Assembly (NCBI GenBank): GCA_039028615.1
Contig: JBCCHT010000010.1
Location: forward strand, 32,001-96,000
Reading direction: 5' to 3'
DNA: 64,000 nt
Origin: Myxococcota bacterium
GTDB taxonomy: Bacteria > Myxococcota_A > Polyangia > Nannocystales > Nannocystaceae
The notes beneath the pieces are model-generated. The model had not been told where the DNA came from. It did no database searches and saw only the letters and a list, made by a program, of their open reading frames with translations. How positions within the stretch are numbered: position 1 is the stretch's first letter; the number at the start of each line of letters is the position of its first letter. Made by a program: the position numbers and the translations under genes. Positions 39,449-48,828 of this stretch are shown in pieces.

Positions 39449-41038
39449 ATGGTGCATCGCACCGCCAAACGACGGACCCGTCGCCTCGTGGCGGCGGGAG
39501 TCCTCACCTTGGGAGCAGGCACGGTCGCCTGCGCCACCTACTCCGACAAGACCGAGGCGGCCCGGGCCTCGCTCCAGGTCGGGGACTACGCGGGCAGCGT
39601 CAAGCATTTCAACAAGATCCTCAAGGTCCGCGAGGGCAACGAGCTGCCCTCGGACTGGAAGAAGAACTTCGCCCTCGTGGTGCTCGAGCGCGCCATGGTC
39701 CTGCAGGCCATGGGCGACTACGAGGCCAGCGCCAAGAACTTCATCGCCGCCGACAAGGAGCTCGAGTTCCTCGATCTCGCGCGCGACGGAGCGGGCAAGC
39801 TGGGCAAGTACATCTATTCGGACAGCGCGACGAAGTACAAGACGTCGCCGGCCGAGAAGCTGTCGCTCAACGCGATGAACATGCTCAACTTCCTCGTTCG
39901 CGGGGACTTGAGCGGGGCCAAGGTGGAGACCAAGCGCTTCACCACCATGCGCAACTACCTGCGTGACTACGAGCCCGAGGCCGAGCATGGGGCCTACGGT
40001 TCGTATCTCGCGGGGTTCGTGCACGAGCGCCTGGGCAACGCCGACGAGGCGCTGCGCTACTACGACGAGGCGCTACAAGAGCGCGACTTCGGCAGCTTGC
40101 GCGAGCCCATCGAGCGGCTGTCGGCGCGGGGCAGCTACCGCGGCGAGCGAATCCGGGACTACTTGCCGGAGCCGAAGCCCACCGCACCTCCGCCGCCGAT
40201 CCAAAAACCCGAGGGCATGGACGACCCGCCGCCGACCGAGCCCCCTGCGGCCGAAGACGCACCGCCGGTCGAAGCCCCGGCGGCCACGGGCGAGCTCGCC
40301 CGCGCGGGTTCGTTCGACGTGCAGCTCGACTCGTATGCACCCATGGCCGAGTTCGGCGCGGTCCTGCCCGCGGGCGCGAATCCCTGGGCCATGGCTGCAC
40401 CCGCGGGTTCTCCCACCGAGATCCTGGTCATCGCGAAGACGGGCCGCGTGCCCTACAAGGTCCCCGAGCGCATCCCCATCGGGGCGGCGATTGGCCTGGC
40501 GGGGGCCTATGTGACTGGTGACACTACCTTGCTCGAATACGGGATGTTCAAGGTCGTCGTATATCCCGAGTTGGTCAAGCCGAACAATCTGTTCGTGGAC
40601 GCCGAGCTCCGCATCGATGGGCAAGTGGTGCCGATGGATGAGGGCTCGAACCTCGGCACGGAAATCATTGCCGAGTACGAAGCGATCAAGCCCAAGATCA
40701 TCGGGGCGGCGTTGTCCCGCATGATCGTGCGGGCAGCCGCGGCCGAAGGGGCGCGGGCGGGCGGCAAGGCAGCGAGCCAAGACTCGGGTGCTGCCGGGCT
40801 GGTCGGGTTTCTGGCGGCCGCTGCGATCGAGGGCACCCTCGTCGCACTGGACAAGCCCGATACCCGTAGTTGGTCGACTCTTCCCGAGAAGGTCCATATC
40901 GGTCGCGCGGTCGTGCCGCCCGGAGCCCACACCGTCGAATTGACGGCGTTTGGTCCCGGAGGCAAGGAGCGCCACACCATCCCGGTCGAGGTCCAGCAAG
41001 GGGGCTTTGCCGTGGTCGATGTCACCACCCTTCGCTAG
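39449..41038 (+). CDS. COG3014-like TPR lipoprotein
   Basis: Lipobox TVA-C; LERAMVL, PDTRSWSTLP; follows the LpoB-like gene. Confidence 0.72.
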   Translation: MVHRTAKRRTRRLVAAGVLTLGAGTVACATYSDKTEAARASLQVGDYAGSVKHFNKILKVREGNELPSDWKKNFALVVLERAMVLQAMGDYEASAKNFIAADKELEFLDLARDGAGKLGKYIYSDSATKYKTSPAEKLSLNAMNMLNFLVRGDLSGAKVETKRFTTMRNYLRDYEPEAEHGAYGSYLAGFVHERLGNADEALRYYDEALQERDFGSLREPIERLSARGSYRGERIRDYLPEPKPTAPPPPIQKPEGMDDPPPTEPPAAEDAPPVEAPAATGELARAGSFDVQLDSYAPMAEFGAVLPAGANPWAMAAPAGSPTEILVIAKTGRVPYKVPERIPIGAAIGLAGAYVTGDTTLLEYGMFKVVVYPELVKPNNLFVDAELRIDGQVVPMDEGSNLGTEIIAEYEAIKPKIIGAALSRMIVRAAAAEGARAGGKAASQDSGAAGLVGFLAAAAIEGTLVALDKPDTRSWSTLPEKVHIGRAVVPPGAHTVELTAFGPGGKERHTIPVEVQQGGFAVVDVTTLR

Positions 41039-41060
41039 CGCGTGTGCCATGCTGAACACC

Positions 41061-41681
41061 ATGAAGACCCGTCGACGACTCTTCGCCCGCCGCAGTAGCC
41101 GCGCGTGGCCGACCATGCTCGGTGCGGCCATGGCCGTCGGGGGCGTCTGGCTGGCCTCGCCCTCCGAGGCCAACGCGGCGGTGTCCGGTCGTCAGGGAAT
41201 CGAGATCGAGGGCGCCCGCGACCGGCGTGGTCTGTACGTCGGTGGCGGGCTCGGGTTCGGCGGCACCTTCTTCTATTACGACGACTTCATCCCCGCGACG
41301 CGCCTCGACTTCAACATCGGTGGCGGCGTCACGGAGCGGCTGACCCTCGGGGCCAACCTGCACCTCACGCCGTACCTGCAGCGCAGCGTGGGCGTGGCCT
41401 TCGGCGGCGACATCGAGTTCACCGGGTATGTGTGGCGCGGCTTCTACCTTCGCGGTGCCCTGGGGGCGGCCAGCGTGCCCAAGCGCGACCCCACGCGCTC
41501 CTTCGACGAGGTCGAGGGCATGACGGTCGGCTTGGGTGGTGCGGCGGGGCTCGGCTACGAGTTCTGGCTCAACTCCAGCGCGGCCATGAGCGCGGGCCTG
41601 ACCTACGACGCACGCTTCGTGCCGGGCGACACCTTCCCGCGCCAGGCCTTGCTCGTCGGCATGCGCTTCACCTGGTTCTAG
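41061..41681 (+). CDS. Small outer-membrane beta-barrel protein
   Basis: Signal ending ANA; Gly/aromatic alternating strands; terminal MRFTWF; alternative start at 41049. Confidence 0.75.
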   Translation: MKTRRRLFARRSSRAWPTMLGAAMAVGGVWLASPSEANAAVSGRQGIEIEGARDRRGLYVGGGLGFGGTFFYYDDFIPATRLDFNIGGGVTERLTLGANLHLTPYLQRSVGVAFGGDIEFTGYVWRGFYLRGALGAASVPKRDPTRSFDEVEGMTVGLGGAAGLGYEFWLNSSAAMSAGLTYDARFVPGDTFPRQALLVGMRFTWF

Positions 41682-41687
41682 CCAAGT

Positions 41688-41716
41688 AAAAAGGCGGGGC
41701 ACCGAAGTGCCCCGCC
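41688..41716 (-). terminator. Intrinsic terminator (minus strand, possibly bidirectional)
   Basis: Minus strand GGCGGGGCAC-TTCG-GTGCCCCGCC-TTTTT between convergent genes. Confidence 0.88.
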
Positions 41717-41737
41717 CGGGGTAGGGTCGAGTGGCCG

Positions 41738-42028
41738 TTAGAGTCCGGCCAGTGGGTCTTGGGTGTCGGTGGAATACTCGAAGCGTTTCGGGGCGCGGGG
41801 CTCTTCGGGGGTCTCGGGCTCGGGCTCGGACTGAGCCGTCGGAGCGTCGGAGAGGTCGAGCGCGTCCCAGGCGATGAACATCATCGTGGGTCGGGGATCT
41901 TCGCCATGTGCGGTTGCGGTCACCTCGGTGGGAGCGTCGGCCGCGGAGGCCGAGGCCACCGGAGCGGCGGTGGCGACCAAGGCGAGCAGAGCGGCCATCC
42001 AGCGGGAGCGGTTGGTGGTTCCGTTCAT
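41738..42028 (-). CDS. Small secreted protein ending DPLAGL
   Basis: Signal peptide ending ASA; followed by a strong terminator. Confidence 0.7.
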   Translation of the reverse strand: MNGTTNRSRWMAALLALVATAAPVASASAADAPTEVTATAHGEDPRPTMMFIAWDALDLSDAPTAQSEPEPETPEEPRAPKRFEYSTDTQDPLAGL

Positions 42029-42345
42029 GGTGCATGGTTCGACGGCCGGCCCCCGCGAATGACCCACTGCACTTCGCCAACGGTATGTAAAGCGAACGTC
42101 AACGAGGTGGCGAACACGGGGCATGCTGCCCCGGTCGTTGCCCTGTTCCTCGGGCATTTTCGTCAGGGGCGCGTTCGTGACCGGCCGTGGGTAGGTCGGT
42201 GAACGTCGAGGGCGCACGTCCTGGGGATCGCGCCTGTTGCCGAGAAGTCTCGCGTGATTCACGCTGAGGGAACTGGACGATCGGCCAATCATCGCGGCGG
42301 ATCGGTCGGCCGCCGTCGTTCGTCACCGTCCATGCTGGAACCGTC

Positions 42346-43008
42346 GTGAACACCTCCTCTGCCCCTCAGCTCGATGCGGTCTGGCTCGCCCTCGAGCAGA
42401 AGCTCGACGAAGAAGTCGCGCACCCGCGTTGGGCCGCCGAGCGCCCCACGTGGCAGCGCATCACGATGTGCGTGGCCTTGGTGGTGTTGGTGTTCGGAGC
42501 GATGGCGGCATTCAGAGCCAGCGCCGGTCTGGCGTGGCCGACCACCGGGCTCGGGGTGCTCACCGTGGGCGTGGCCATGCTCGCGGTCGTGGTCGCCGTC
42601 GCGGGCGTGCTGCGACCCTTGCATCGAACCCGTCGCTCTCGCTGGCACCTGGTGGGTGTGTTCGTCTTGCTGGTGGCCGCCGTTGCCCTCGAGCTGACGC
42701 CGAGCCGTGCCGTCGAGCACCAGACCGCGCATCACTCTTTCGTCGGCTGCTTCTCCATGGGCATCGCGGCCTCGGCCGCCCTGGTGCTGGCCGTGGGCTG
42801 GTTCCGACGCCGCCCCTTCGTCGGGTGGCTCGACTACGCCGAGGTCGCGGGCGTGGGCGTGGCTGGGGGCCTGCTCGTGCTCACTGCGTTCTGCACGAGC
42901 GGAGAGCATGAGCACGTGCTCCTGGCCCACGGCCTGGCCGCGCTGGCGGCCTTGCTCTGCGGCGCCGCCCTGGCTCGGGCGCGCAACTCCGTCGGCGGCC
43001 TCCGCTGA
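42346..43008 (+). CDS. Membrane protein, about 6 TM (NrsF/DUF1109-like, tentative)
   Basis: Hydrophobic helices; GC...FC...HVLLAH. Confidence 0.55.
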   Translation: MNTSSAPQLDAVWLALEQKLDEEVAHPRWAAERPTWQRITMCVALVVLVFGAMAAFRASAGLAWPTTGLGVLTVGVAMLAVVVAVAGVLRPLHRTRRSRWHLVGVFVLLVAAVALELTPSRAVEHQTAHHSFVGCFSMGIAASAALVLAVGWFRRRPFVGWLDYAEVAGVGVAGGLLVLTAFCTSGEHEHVLLAHGLAALAALLCGAALARARNSVGGLR

Positions 43009-43010
43009 GT

Positions 43011-43610
43011 TCAGCTCGGCGCGGGGGTCCAGCGTCGCTTCTGCCACTCGAAGGGCAGGATCTGGATGCGGGTGGAGATCGAGCCGTTCCACTCCACCTC
43101 GAGCCCATGCTCGCGCAGCACGGCACAGATCTCGTGCCCCAGGCGGATGCTCTCCGGCTCGTGCGCGTCGCCCTCGACGAACGCCCCGTAGGCCAGGTGG
43201 AGGCCATCGCCTTGCACCCCGCGCTCGACGTCCTGGCGGTGGAAGAAGGTCGCGCCCCAAGCGTCGTCGTCGTAGGCGTGCGCTTCGGCCACGTCGGACC
43301 AACCGTCCGACATCGTGTAGCCCGCGTCCTGCAGGGCGATGATGCCCTTGCCGCGTAGCGCCTCGAAGGCGCTATCCAGACGATCGTTGGCCGTGCGCTC
43401 GGACCACGTCTGCTCGCGCCGCTTCTGTACGTGCAGGCGCTGGCGAGCCTCGGCTAGCAGCGGCTCGACCATCGCATCCCCGGACTCGCGGAACTCGTCG
43501 CGGACCTGCTCCTCGATGGTCTCCATGACCTCCGCCTCCGACCGGTAGCCGCAGCGGACGTGGATGTCGATCTGCTCGTGCAGGAACTCGAGGAGCTGTG
43601 CCTTGTTCAC
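43011..43610 (-). CDS. Conserved hypothetical protein (DUF6891-like)
   Basis: NDRLDSAFEAL, DAGYTMSDGW, FFHRQD, VEWNGS, WQKR. Confidence 0.75.
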   Translation of the reverse strand: MNKAQLLEFLHEQIDIHVRCGYRSEAEVMETIEEQVRDEFRESGDAMVEPLLAEARQRLHVQKRREQTWSERTANDRLDSAFEALRGKGIIALQDAGYTMSDGWSDVAEAHAYDDDAWGATFFHRQDVERGVQGDGLHLAYGAFVEGDAHEPESIRLGHEICAVLREHGLEVEWNGSISTRIQILPFEWQKRRWTPAPS

Positions 43611-43661
43611 GGTTGCCAGGTATCGCCTCCACCGGGAGGATTGGCAACGGGGCGGCCGCCT

Positions 43662-44498
43662 TCAGGCTTTCGCGTCGCCGATGCGCTCGATCACCCAGAA
43701 CACGGTGGAGCTGCGGCCGTCGCTCACGGGGCCGCGTTCGTAGGGCACCAGCCCGTGGCGCTCGCCGGCCTCGACGGAGGCCACCGCGGCGGCACCTCGG
43801 CTCAGCGGCAGCGCGGCCACGAGCCGGGCCGCGGCGCTGGTGGACGAGGCGTCGACGGTGGTGGCGTCGGCGTAGTCGGTGGCGAGCCGCTCCCGGCACT
43901 GCGCCAGGGCCTCGGGCTTGGAGTGGACCTCGCGGATCTCGGTGGTGCCGGGTCGCACGAGCAGCACGAGCTCGATGTCGCGGACCAAGGCCTCGCGCAC
44001 GCGCAGGGTGGGGTGGCGGGTGAGGGCCTCGCGGGTCTCCTCGACGGGGCCGATGAGGGTGTTGTCGGCGGGCACCACCCCTTGGCTCGCGCGGCCCTCG
44101 GCCACCGCCTCGAAGACTTCGCTGAGGCTGCCGCAGAACTCCATGGGGGCATGGGCGCCGAAGCGGCTGGCGGCGGTGAGGCTGGAGAAGGAACCCTGCG
44201 GACCCAGGCAGGCGACGCGCTCGACGGCTTGCACCCGACGACAGGCCTCGATGACGCGGGTCATGATGGCGGACAGCTCGTCGTTGCCCAGCGGGCCGCG
44301 GTTGCCGTCGCAGAGCCGGCGGTAGACCTCGGCTTCGCGAGCGTCGTTGCGCACGGGCAGGCCGAGGTCGCGCTTGAGCTCGCCGATCTCGGTGGCGTGC
44401 CGGGCCCGGTAGGCGAGCAGCTGTTGCAGCTCGTCGTCGACGGAATCGATGGCCGAGCGGAGGCTCTGCAGGCGATTGGCAGGGTTGGCGGTGCTCAT
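43662..44498 (-). CDS. pheA: Chorismate mutase / prephenate dehydratase fusion without ACT domain
   Basis: LRSAIDSVDDEL...RE (AroQ CM); LGPQGSFS, GVVP, HSKPEALAQC, SSTSAAA (PDT); only 278 aa. Confidence 0.8.
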   Translation of the reverse strand: MSTANPANRLQSLRSAIDSVDDELQQLLAYRARHATEIGELKRDLGLPVRNDAREAEVYRRLCDGNRGPLGNDELSAIMTRVIEACRRVQAVERVACLGPQGSFSSLTAASRFGAHAPMEFCGSLSEVFEAVAEGRASQGVVPADNTLIGPVEETREALTRHPTLRVREALVRDIELVLLVRPGTTEIREVHSKPEALAQCRERLATDYADATTVDASSTSAAARLVAALPLSRGAAAVASVEAGERHGLVPYERGPVSDGRSSTVFWVIERIGDAKA

Positions 44499-44502
44499 GG
44501 CT

Positions 44503-45432
44503 TCAACGTCCCCCGGCGGCGCGACCGAGCATGTTCACCGAGCCCAACGAGGGCGCGACGAGGCCGAGGTCGCGGGCCAAGTCGTGCCACATGGGAAGGG
44601 TGAGCGCCTGCGGGCCGTCGGACAGCGCTCGCGCCGGGTTGGGGTGAATCTCGATGATGAGGCCATCGGCACCCACGGCCCGGGCGGCGCGGGCGAGGGC
44701 AGGCACGTAGCGGCGGTCGCCCGCGGCATGGCTCGGATCGACGATGACCGGCAGGTGGGTGCGCTCCTGGAGCACGGGGATGGCCGATAGATCGAGCGTG
44801 GTGCGGGTGGCCGACTCGAAGGTGCGGATGCCTCGCTCGCACAGGATGACGTTGGGGTTGCCCCGGGCCAGGATGTGCTCGGCCGCCCACAGCAGCTCGT
44901 CGAGCGTGGAGCCCATGCCGCGCTTGAGTACGACCGGGGTCTCGCCGCGCCCCACCGCCTCGAGCAGGGCATAGTTCTGCATGTTGCGAGCGCCGATCTG
45001 GAGAGCATCGACGTACTCGGCCACCACGGGGACGAGCTCGGGGGCCATGACCTCGCTGATGACGCCGAGGCCACGGGCGCGGCCGACATCGCGCAGCATC
45101 TCGAGGCCGGTGACGCCCAGGCCCTGGAAGCTGTAGGGCGAGGTCCGGGGCTTGTAGGCGCCGCCGCGCAAGAGCTTGGCGCCCGCGCTCCAGACCGCGT
45201 CGGCCACCGTCTCGAGCGTGCCGAGGTCTTCGATGGCGCAGGGGCCGGCAATGACCTGGCAGCCTCCACCCCCGATGGAGACGTCGCCCACGCGGACCCG
45301 CGTGGTCTTGGCGTTGGCACCCGAGGCATGCAGCGGCACCTCGGGGCGCGGTAAGGGGGCTGGGCGTAGTCCCGCCGGGTCGTGGATGTCGACGCGCTGC
45401 GTCTCGGAGAGGCTCGTGGTGGTGGAAGGCAT
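44503..45432 (-). CDS. aroF: DAHP synthase, class I-beta
   Basis: [57 protein letters not shown]...SDG. Confidence 0.93.
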   Translation of the reverse strand: MPSTTTSLSETQRVDIHDPAGLRPAPLPRPEVPLHASGANAKTTRVRVGDVSIGGGGCQVIAGPCAIEDLGTLETVADAVWSAGAKLLRGGAYKPRTSPYSFQGLGVTGLEMLRDVGRARGLGVISEVMAPELVPVVAEYVDALQIGARNMQNYALLEAVGRGETPVVLKRGMGSTLDELLWAAEHILARGNPNVILCERGIRTFESATRTTLDLSAIPVLQERTHLPVIVDPSHAAGDRRYVPALARAARAVGADGLIIEIHPNPARALSDGPQALTLPMWHDLARDLGLVAPSLGSVNMLGRAAGGR

Positions 45433-45571
45433 GGGTCGTTCTTCTGGGATCGGGGGGAGGGCGGGAGGCCCGGGTTTTCGACCCAGAAGAAGGACTATTG
45501 CCGTGTCCCCGGGTCGCCTTCGGTGCCGTTTGCACCGGAAGCTCCGCCGGGAAGTCGAGGTTGGGGACGCG

Positions 45572-45649
45572 CTACGCTCCGCGCCCGGCCTCGCCCCCAA
45601 ACGGAGCGTGGCTAAACACAAAGAAAAAGCGTTGCGAGGACAGGGCCAT
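45572..45649 (-). CDS. Phe-rich leader peptide MALSSQRFFFVFSHAPFGGEAGRGA (pheL-like)
   Basis: 25-aa ORF 139 nt upstream of the DAHP synthase ATG; TTT TTC TTT GTG TTT cluster; overlapping alternative stems. Confidence 0.82.
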   Translation of the reverse strand: MALSSQRFFFVFSHAPFGGEAGRGA

Positions 45650-45665
45650 CGGTGCGTCCAAATTC

Positions 45666-45694
45666 GTCGTAGCACTCGGGCCCACACCAAGCAA
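45666..45694 (-). promoter_or_regulatory. Candidate sigma70-type promoter for leader-aroF-pheA
   Basis: TTGCTT-N17-TACGAC with an extended -10 TG. Confidence 0.5.
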
Positions 45695-45697
45695 GAC

Positions 45698-45736
45698 AAA
45701 AAGGCCCTACGGCTTCGCCCCGAAACGGGCGGAAGC
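45698..45736 (-). terminator. Probable terminator of the upstream Cys-rich gene
   Basis: Hairpin GCTTCCGCCC / GGGCGAAGC followed by TTTTT 9 nt later. Confidence 0.5.
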
Positions 45737-45800
45737 GAATCAACCGGGGTGAATTACCGGCAAATCCCCGGGTCGGGAAGGCCGCTTCACCGCATGCACT

Positions 45801-46775
45801 TCAACGGCATACTTCGTTGAAGTTGCCTTCTTCATCCAAGATGAACAGGCATGCATCGAGCCCGTTTTCCGGCTGCTCGACGTCGGAGCAGCACTGCAAG
45901 CTCGACAGCGTGGGGCAGGGCGCACCGCTCTTGATGCAGCAGGGTTGCTCGAGATCGAGCGGGATGAGCTCGAGGCAATCGGCGGAGCACTCGATGATGG
46001 GCCGCGTGCTCGGGTTGTTCTGCGAGCAGGCCGAGGTCGCGAACTGACGCTCGAGCGAGGGGGCGTCGAAGCTGGTGCCGTCGCACTTTTCGGGCAGAGC
46101 CTGCTGCGACCCCTCGAAGTCGACGTCGAGCGAGTCGTCGACGCGCCCGTTGCCGCAGTAGTTGCACCCGGTGCGGTTCCATCGACAGTTGTCGTCGCAC
46201 TCGCCGGGCGTGCCCGCCGTATAGGGAATGTTCTCGAAGGGGGAGTCGAGGTCGACGCAGGGCGGCTTGCCCATGGTCAGGGTGCCGCCGTCGCTGTTGG
46301 GGTCGCACTCCTCGCCCGGGTCGAGCCGGCCATTGCCGCAGTCGCGGCACTCGCTGTAGTCGTAGAGGCAGCTGGTGGTGCACTGCAGCGTGCCCACGCC
46401 GCCCAGGCAGCTGCGGCCGTTGAGTTCGTCGCCGTCGCACTGCTCGCCGACGACCTCGTCGACCCGGCCATCGCCACACACGGCGCACTGCTCGACGTCG
46501 ATGATGAGCTCGCAGGTGATCGGGTCGCACGCCCCCTCGCCGTCGGGACGACTGGTGGTGACGCACTTGTTGAGGAAGCTGTCCGGGTCGCCCGGGTCGC
46601 ACTCTTCGCCCGCCTCGACGTCGTGGTAGCCGTCGCCGCAGGACGGGCCGACGGGGAGCTCGAGCAGGCACGACACGTTGGTCGCGATGCCCAGGCCGAG
46701 CATCGCCGCGAGTATCCCCAGTCGGGCTCCAGGAGCCGACAGGGCCTCGACGGCATATGAAACCCGCCCGGACAT
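45801..46775 (-). CDS. Myxococcal Cys-rich repeat lipoprotein
   Basis: Repeated CG[D/N]G...GE[E/Q]CD units; probable lipoprotein Cys at NVS-C. Confidence 0.85.
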   Translation of the reverse strand: MSGRVSYAVEALSAPGARLGILAAMLGLGIATNVSCLLELPVGPSCGDGYHDVEAGEECDPGDPDSFLNKCVTTSRPDGEGACDPITCELIIDVEQCAVCGDGRVDEVVGEQCDGDELNGRSCLGGVGTLQCTTSCLYDYSECRDCGNGRLDPGEECDPNSDGGTLTMGKPPCVDLDSPFENIPYTAGTPGECDDNCRWNRTGCNYCGNGRVDDSLDVDFEGSQQALPEKCDGTSFDAPSLERQFATSACSQNNPSTRPIIECSADCLELIPLDLEQPCCIKSGAPCPTLSSLQCCSDVEQPENGLDACLFILDEEGNFNEVCR

Positions 46776-46837
46776 GTGTCTACAGGGTAGCAGCCCTGTC
46801 CCGTCGCTGTGAGCGCAGCATGGCGACTGACCCACCG

Positions 46838-47617
46838 TCACGGGGCCGGCTCGGCGTGACCGCCGAGACGTTGGATTTCGTTGCGAGTTTTACGAGGATC
46901 GTTGGTCAGCACGGCATCGACTCCGAGCGCCAGCCAGCGATCGAGATGACCGGGTGAGTGCAGGTGCGGGTCGAGCGGACACACCCGTTGTCCCCGGGCT
47001 TGCGCGGCCGCGACATAGCCCGGCGAGACTCGCAGCAGCGGCCACCATGGACCCAGCATGTCCACGTCCTTGGCGCCCCGAAGCCCTCGCATGGAGATGT
47101 GCCCCGTGACGAGGCCGGGCGCGATTTTCTTAACCTTTCGCAACAATCGTAGGTCGAAGGTGATGATGCCGGCTCGTCGCTCTCGGGCGCGCGCACCCAG
47201 GACTTCGAGCAGCGTGGCGATGGGGCCGGGGTGGGCGAGCAGCGGATCCTTGATCTCGAGGATGACGGGGACGTGGTCGGGCACGAGCTCGAGCAGCTCG
47301 GCCAGCCGCGGGATGCCCTCGCGGTCACCCTTGCCCACGTCGTCGTGCACCCGCAGCGTGGCGAGCTGCTTGGCGGAGCACTGACTGACTCGGCGAGGAT
47401 CGCCGGTCGTGCGCAGCAGCGTGGGATCGTGGTGACAGACGATCTCGCCATCGGAGCTGAGCCACAAATCGGTCTCGAGCAGGTCGGCGCCATGTTCGAG
47501 CGCGAGCGCGAACGACTCCAGCGTGTTCTCCGGCGCCAGGTCGCACGCGCCGCGGTGGGCCATGACCCAGGGGCGGGGGCGTCCGGGGATCTCGAGCGAG
47601 TCGCGGGGCGAGGGCAC
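46838..47617 (-). CDS. Glycerophosphodiester phosphodiesterase
   Basis: AHRGA, PENT, ETDL, HHD, LEIK, VLTNDP; GTG start inferred. Confidence 0.9.
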   Translation of the reverse strand: MPSPRDSLEIPGRPRPWVMAHRGACDLAPENTLESFALALEHGADLLETDLWLSSDGEIVCHHDPTLLRTTGDPRRVSQCSAKQLATLRVHDDVGKGDREGIPRLAELLELVPDHVPVILEIKDPLLAHPGPIATLLEVLGARARERRAGIITFDLRLLRKVKKIAPGLVTGHISMRGLRGAKDVDMLGPWWPLLRVSPGYVAAAQARGQRVCPLDPHLHSPGHLDRWLALGVDAVLTNDPRKTRNEIQRLGGHAEPAP

Positions 47618-47684
47618 CGGGGCCGAGATTGGCGCGGGTCGAGGCGGCTGTCGAGCGGACGGGATGTTTCCTATAGTCCCCGCC

Positions 47685-48707
47685 ATGCCCTTGGCGAACA
47701 CCACGTTCCTCGATGCCTGCGCGGGTAAGCGGCCTGCTCATACCCCGGTCTGGGTCATGCGCCAGGCAGGGCGCTACCTGCCGGAGTACCGGGCGATTCG
47801 GGCCAAGGTCTCGTTCGAGGAGCTGTGTCGCCGGCCCGACCTGTGTGCCGAGGTCACCCGACAGCCGCTCGATCGCTTCGGGCTCGATGCCGCGATCTTG
47901 TTTTCCGACATCCTCACCGTCTTCGATGCGATGGGGGCGAAGGTCGAGTTCAAGCCCGCGCCGGCCGTGGCGGATCCCGTGCGCAATGCCGCCGACGTGG
48001 CCCGGCTGACCTTCGGCAAGGCCGACGACCACCTGGGCTTCGTGTACGACGCGGTCACGGCCTGCAAGAAGGAACTCGCCGATCGAGTGCCGCTCATCGG
48101 CTTTTGTGGCGCGCCCTTTACCACCGCCAGTTATCTGATCGAGGGCGGGCCGACCAAGGACTTCTTGCACACCAAGAGCATGGCGTTCACCGAACCCGCG
48201 CTCTTCGGCGGCTTGCTCGAGTCGATCACCACCGTGCTGGTCGACTACCTCGCGGGTCAGGTGCGGGCGGGCGTCGACGCGCTGCAGATCTTCGAGAGCT
48301 GGGGCGCGGCGCTGACCCCCGATGACTACCGGGTGCACGTGCTGCCGCACGTGAAGCGCCTGGTCACCGAGGCCAACAAGCACGGCGTGCCCGTGATCTT
48401 GTTCGTGCGCGGCAACGCCAGCTTGCTCGAGCTCATCACCGATCTGGGCGCCGACGTGCTGGGCATCGACTGGAGCATCGAGCTCGGTCGGGCCATCGAC
48501 GTGGTGGGCACGCATCAGGTGGTGCAGGGGAACCTCGATCCCATCGCCTTGTTCGCGCCGCCCGAGCAGCTGCAAGCGCGCGCACGCGCGGTCGTGGAGG
48601 CGGGTCGCAAGGCGAAGGCGCACATCTTCAACCTCGGGCACGGAATCTCGCGACACACCGACCCCGAGGCGATGAAGCTGTTGGTCGATACCGTCCACTC
48701 CGCGTGA
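47685..48707 (+). CDS. hemE: Uroporphyrinogen decarboxylase
   Basis: PVWVMRQAGRYLPEY, AAILFSDIL, GAPFT, QGNLDP, IFNLGHGI. Confidence 0.97.
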   Translation: MPLANTTFLDACAGKRPAHTPVWVMRQAGRYLPEYRAIRAKVSFEELCRRPDLCAEVTRQPLDRFGLDAAILFSDILTVFDAMGAKVEFKPAPAVADPVRNAADVARLTFGKADDHLGFVYDAVTACKKELADRVPLIGFCGAPFTTASYLIEGGPTKDFLHTKSMAFTEPALFGGLLESITTVLVDYLAGQVRAGVDALQIFESWGAALTPDDYRVHVLPHVKRLVTEANKHGVPVILFVRGNASLLELITDLGADVLGIDWSIELGRAIDVVGTHQVVQGNLDPIALFAPPEQLQARARAVVEAGRKAKAHIFNLGHGISRHTDPEAMKLLVDTVHSA

Positions 48708-48828
48708 GTCCAGCCGCCGGGCTTGCTGCGGGCGGGCCGGGTTCATCAAAGGACGGTGTACGGCGTCCCGACCTCGAACCGAGGCGGGCGTGGAATGGTA
48801 GACACGTGGCATGCGTATCCACGGCGCC

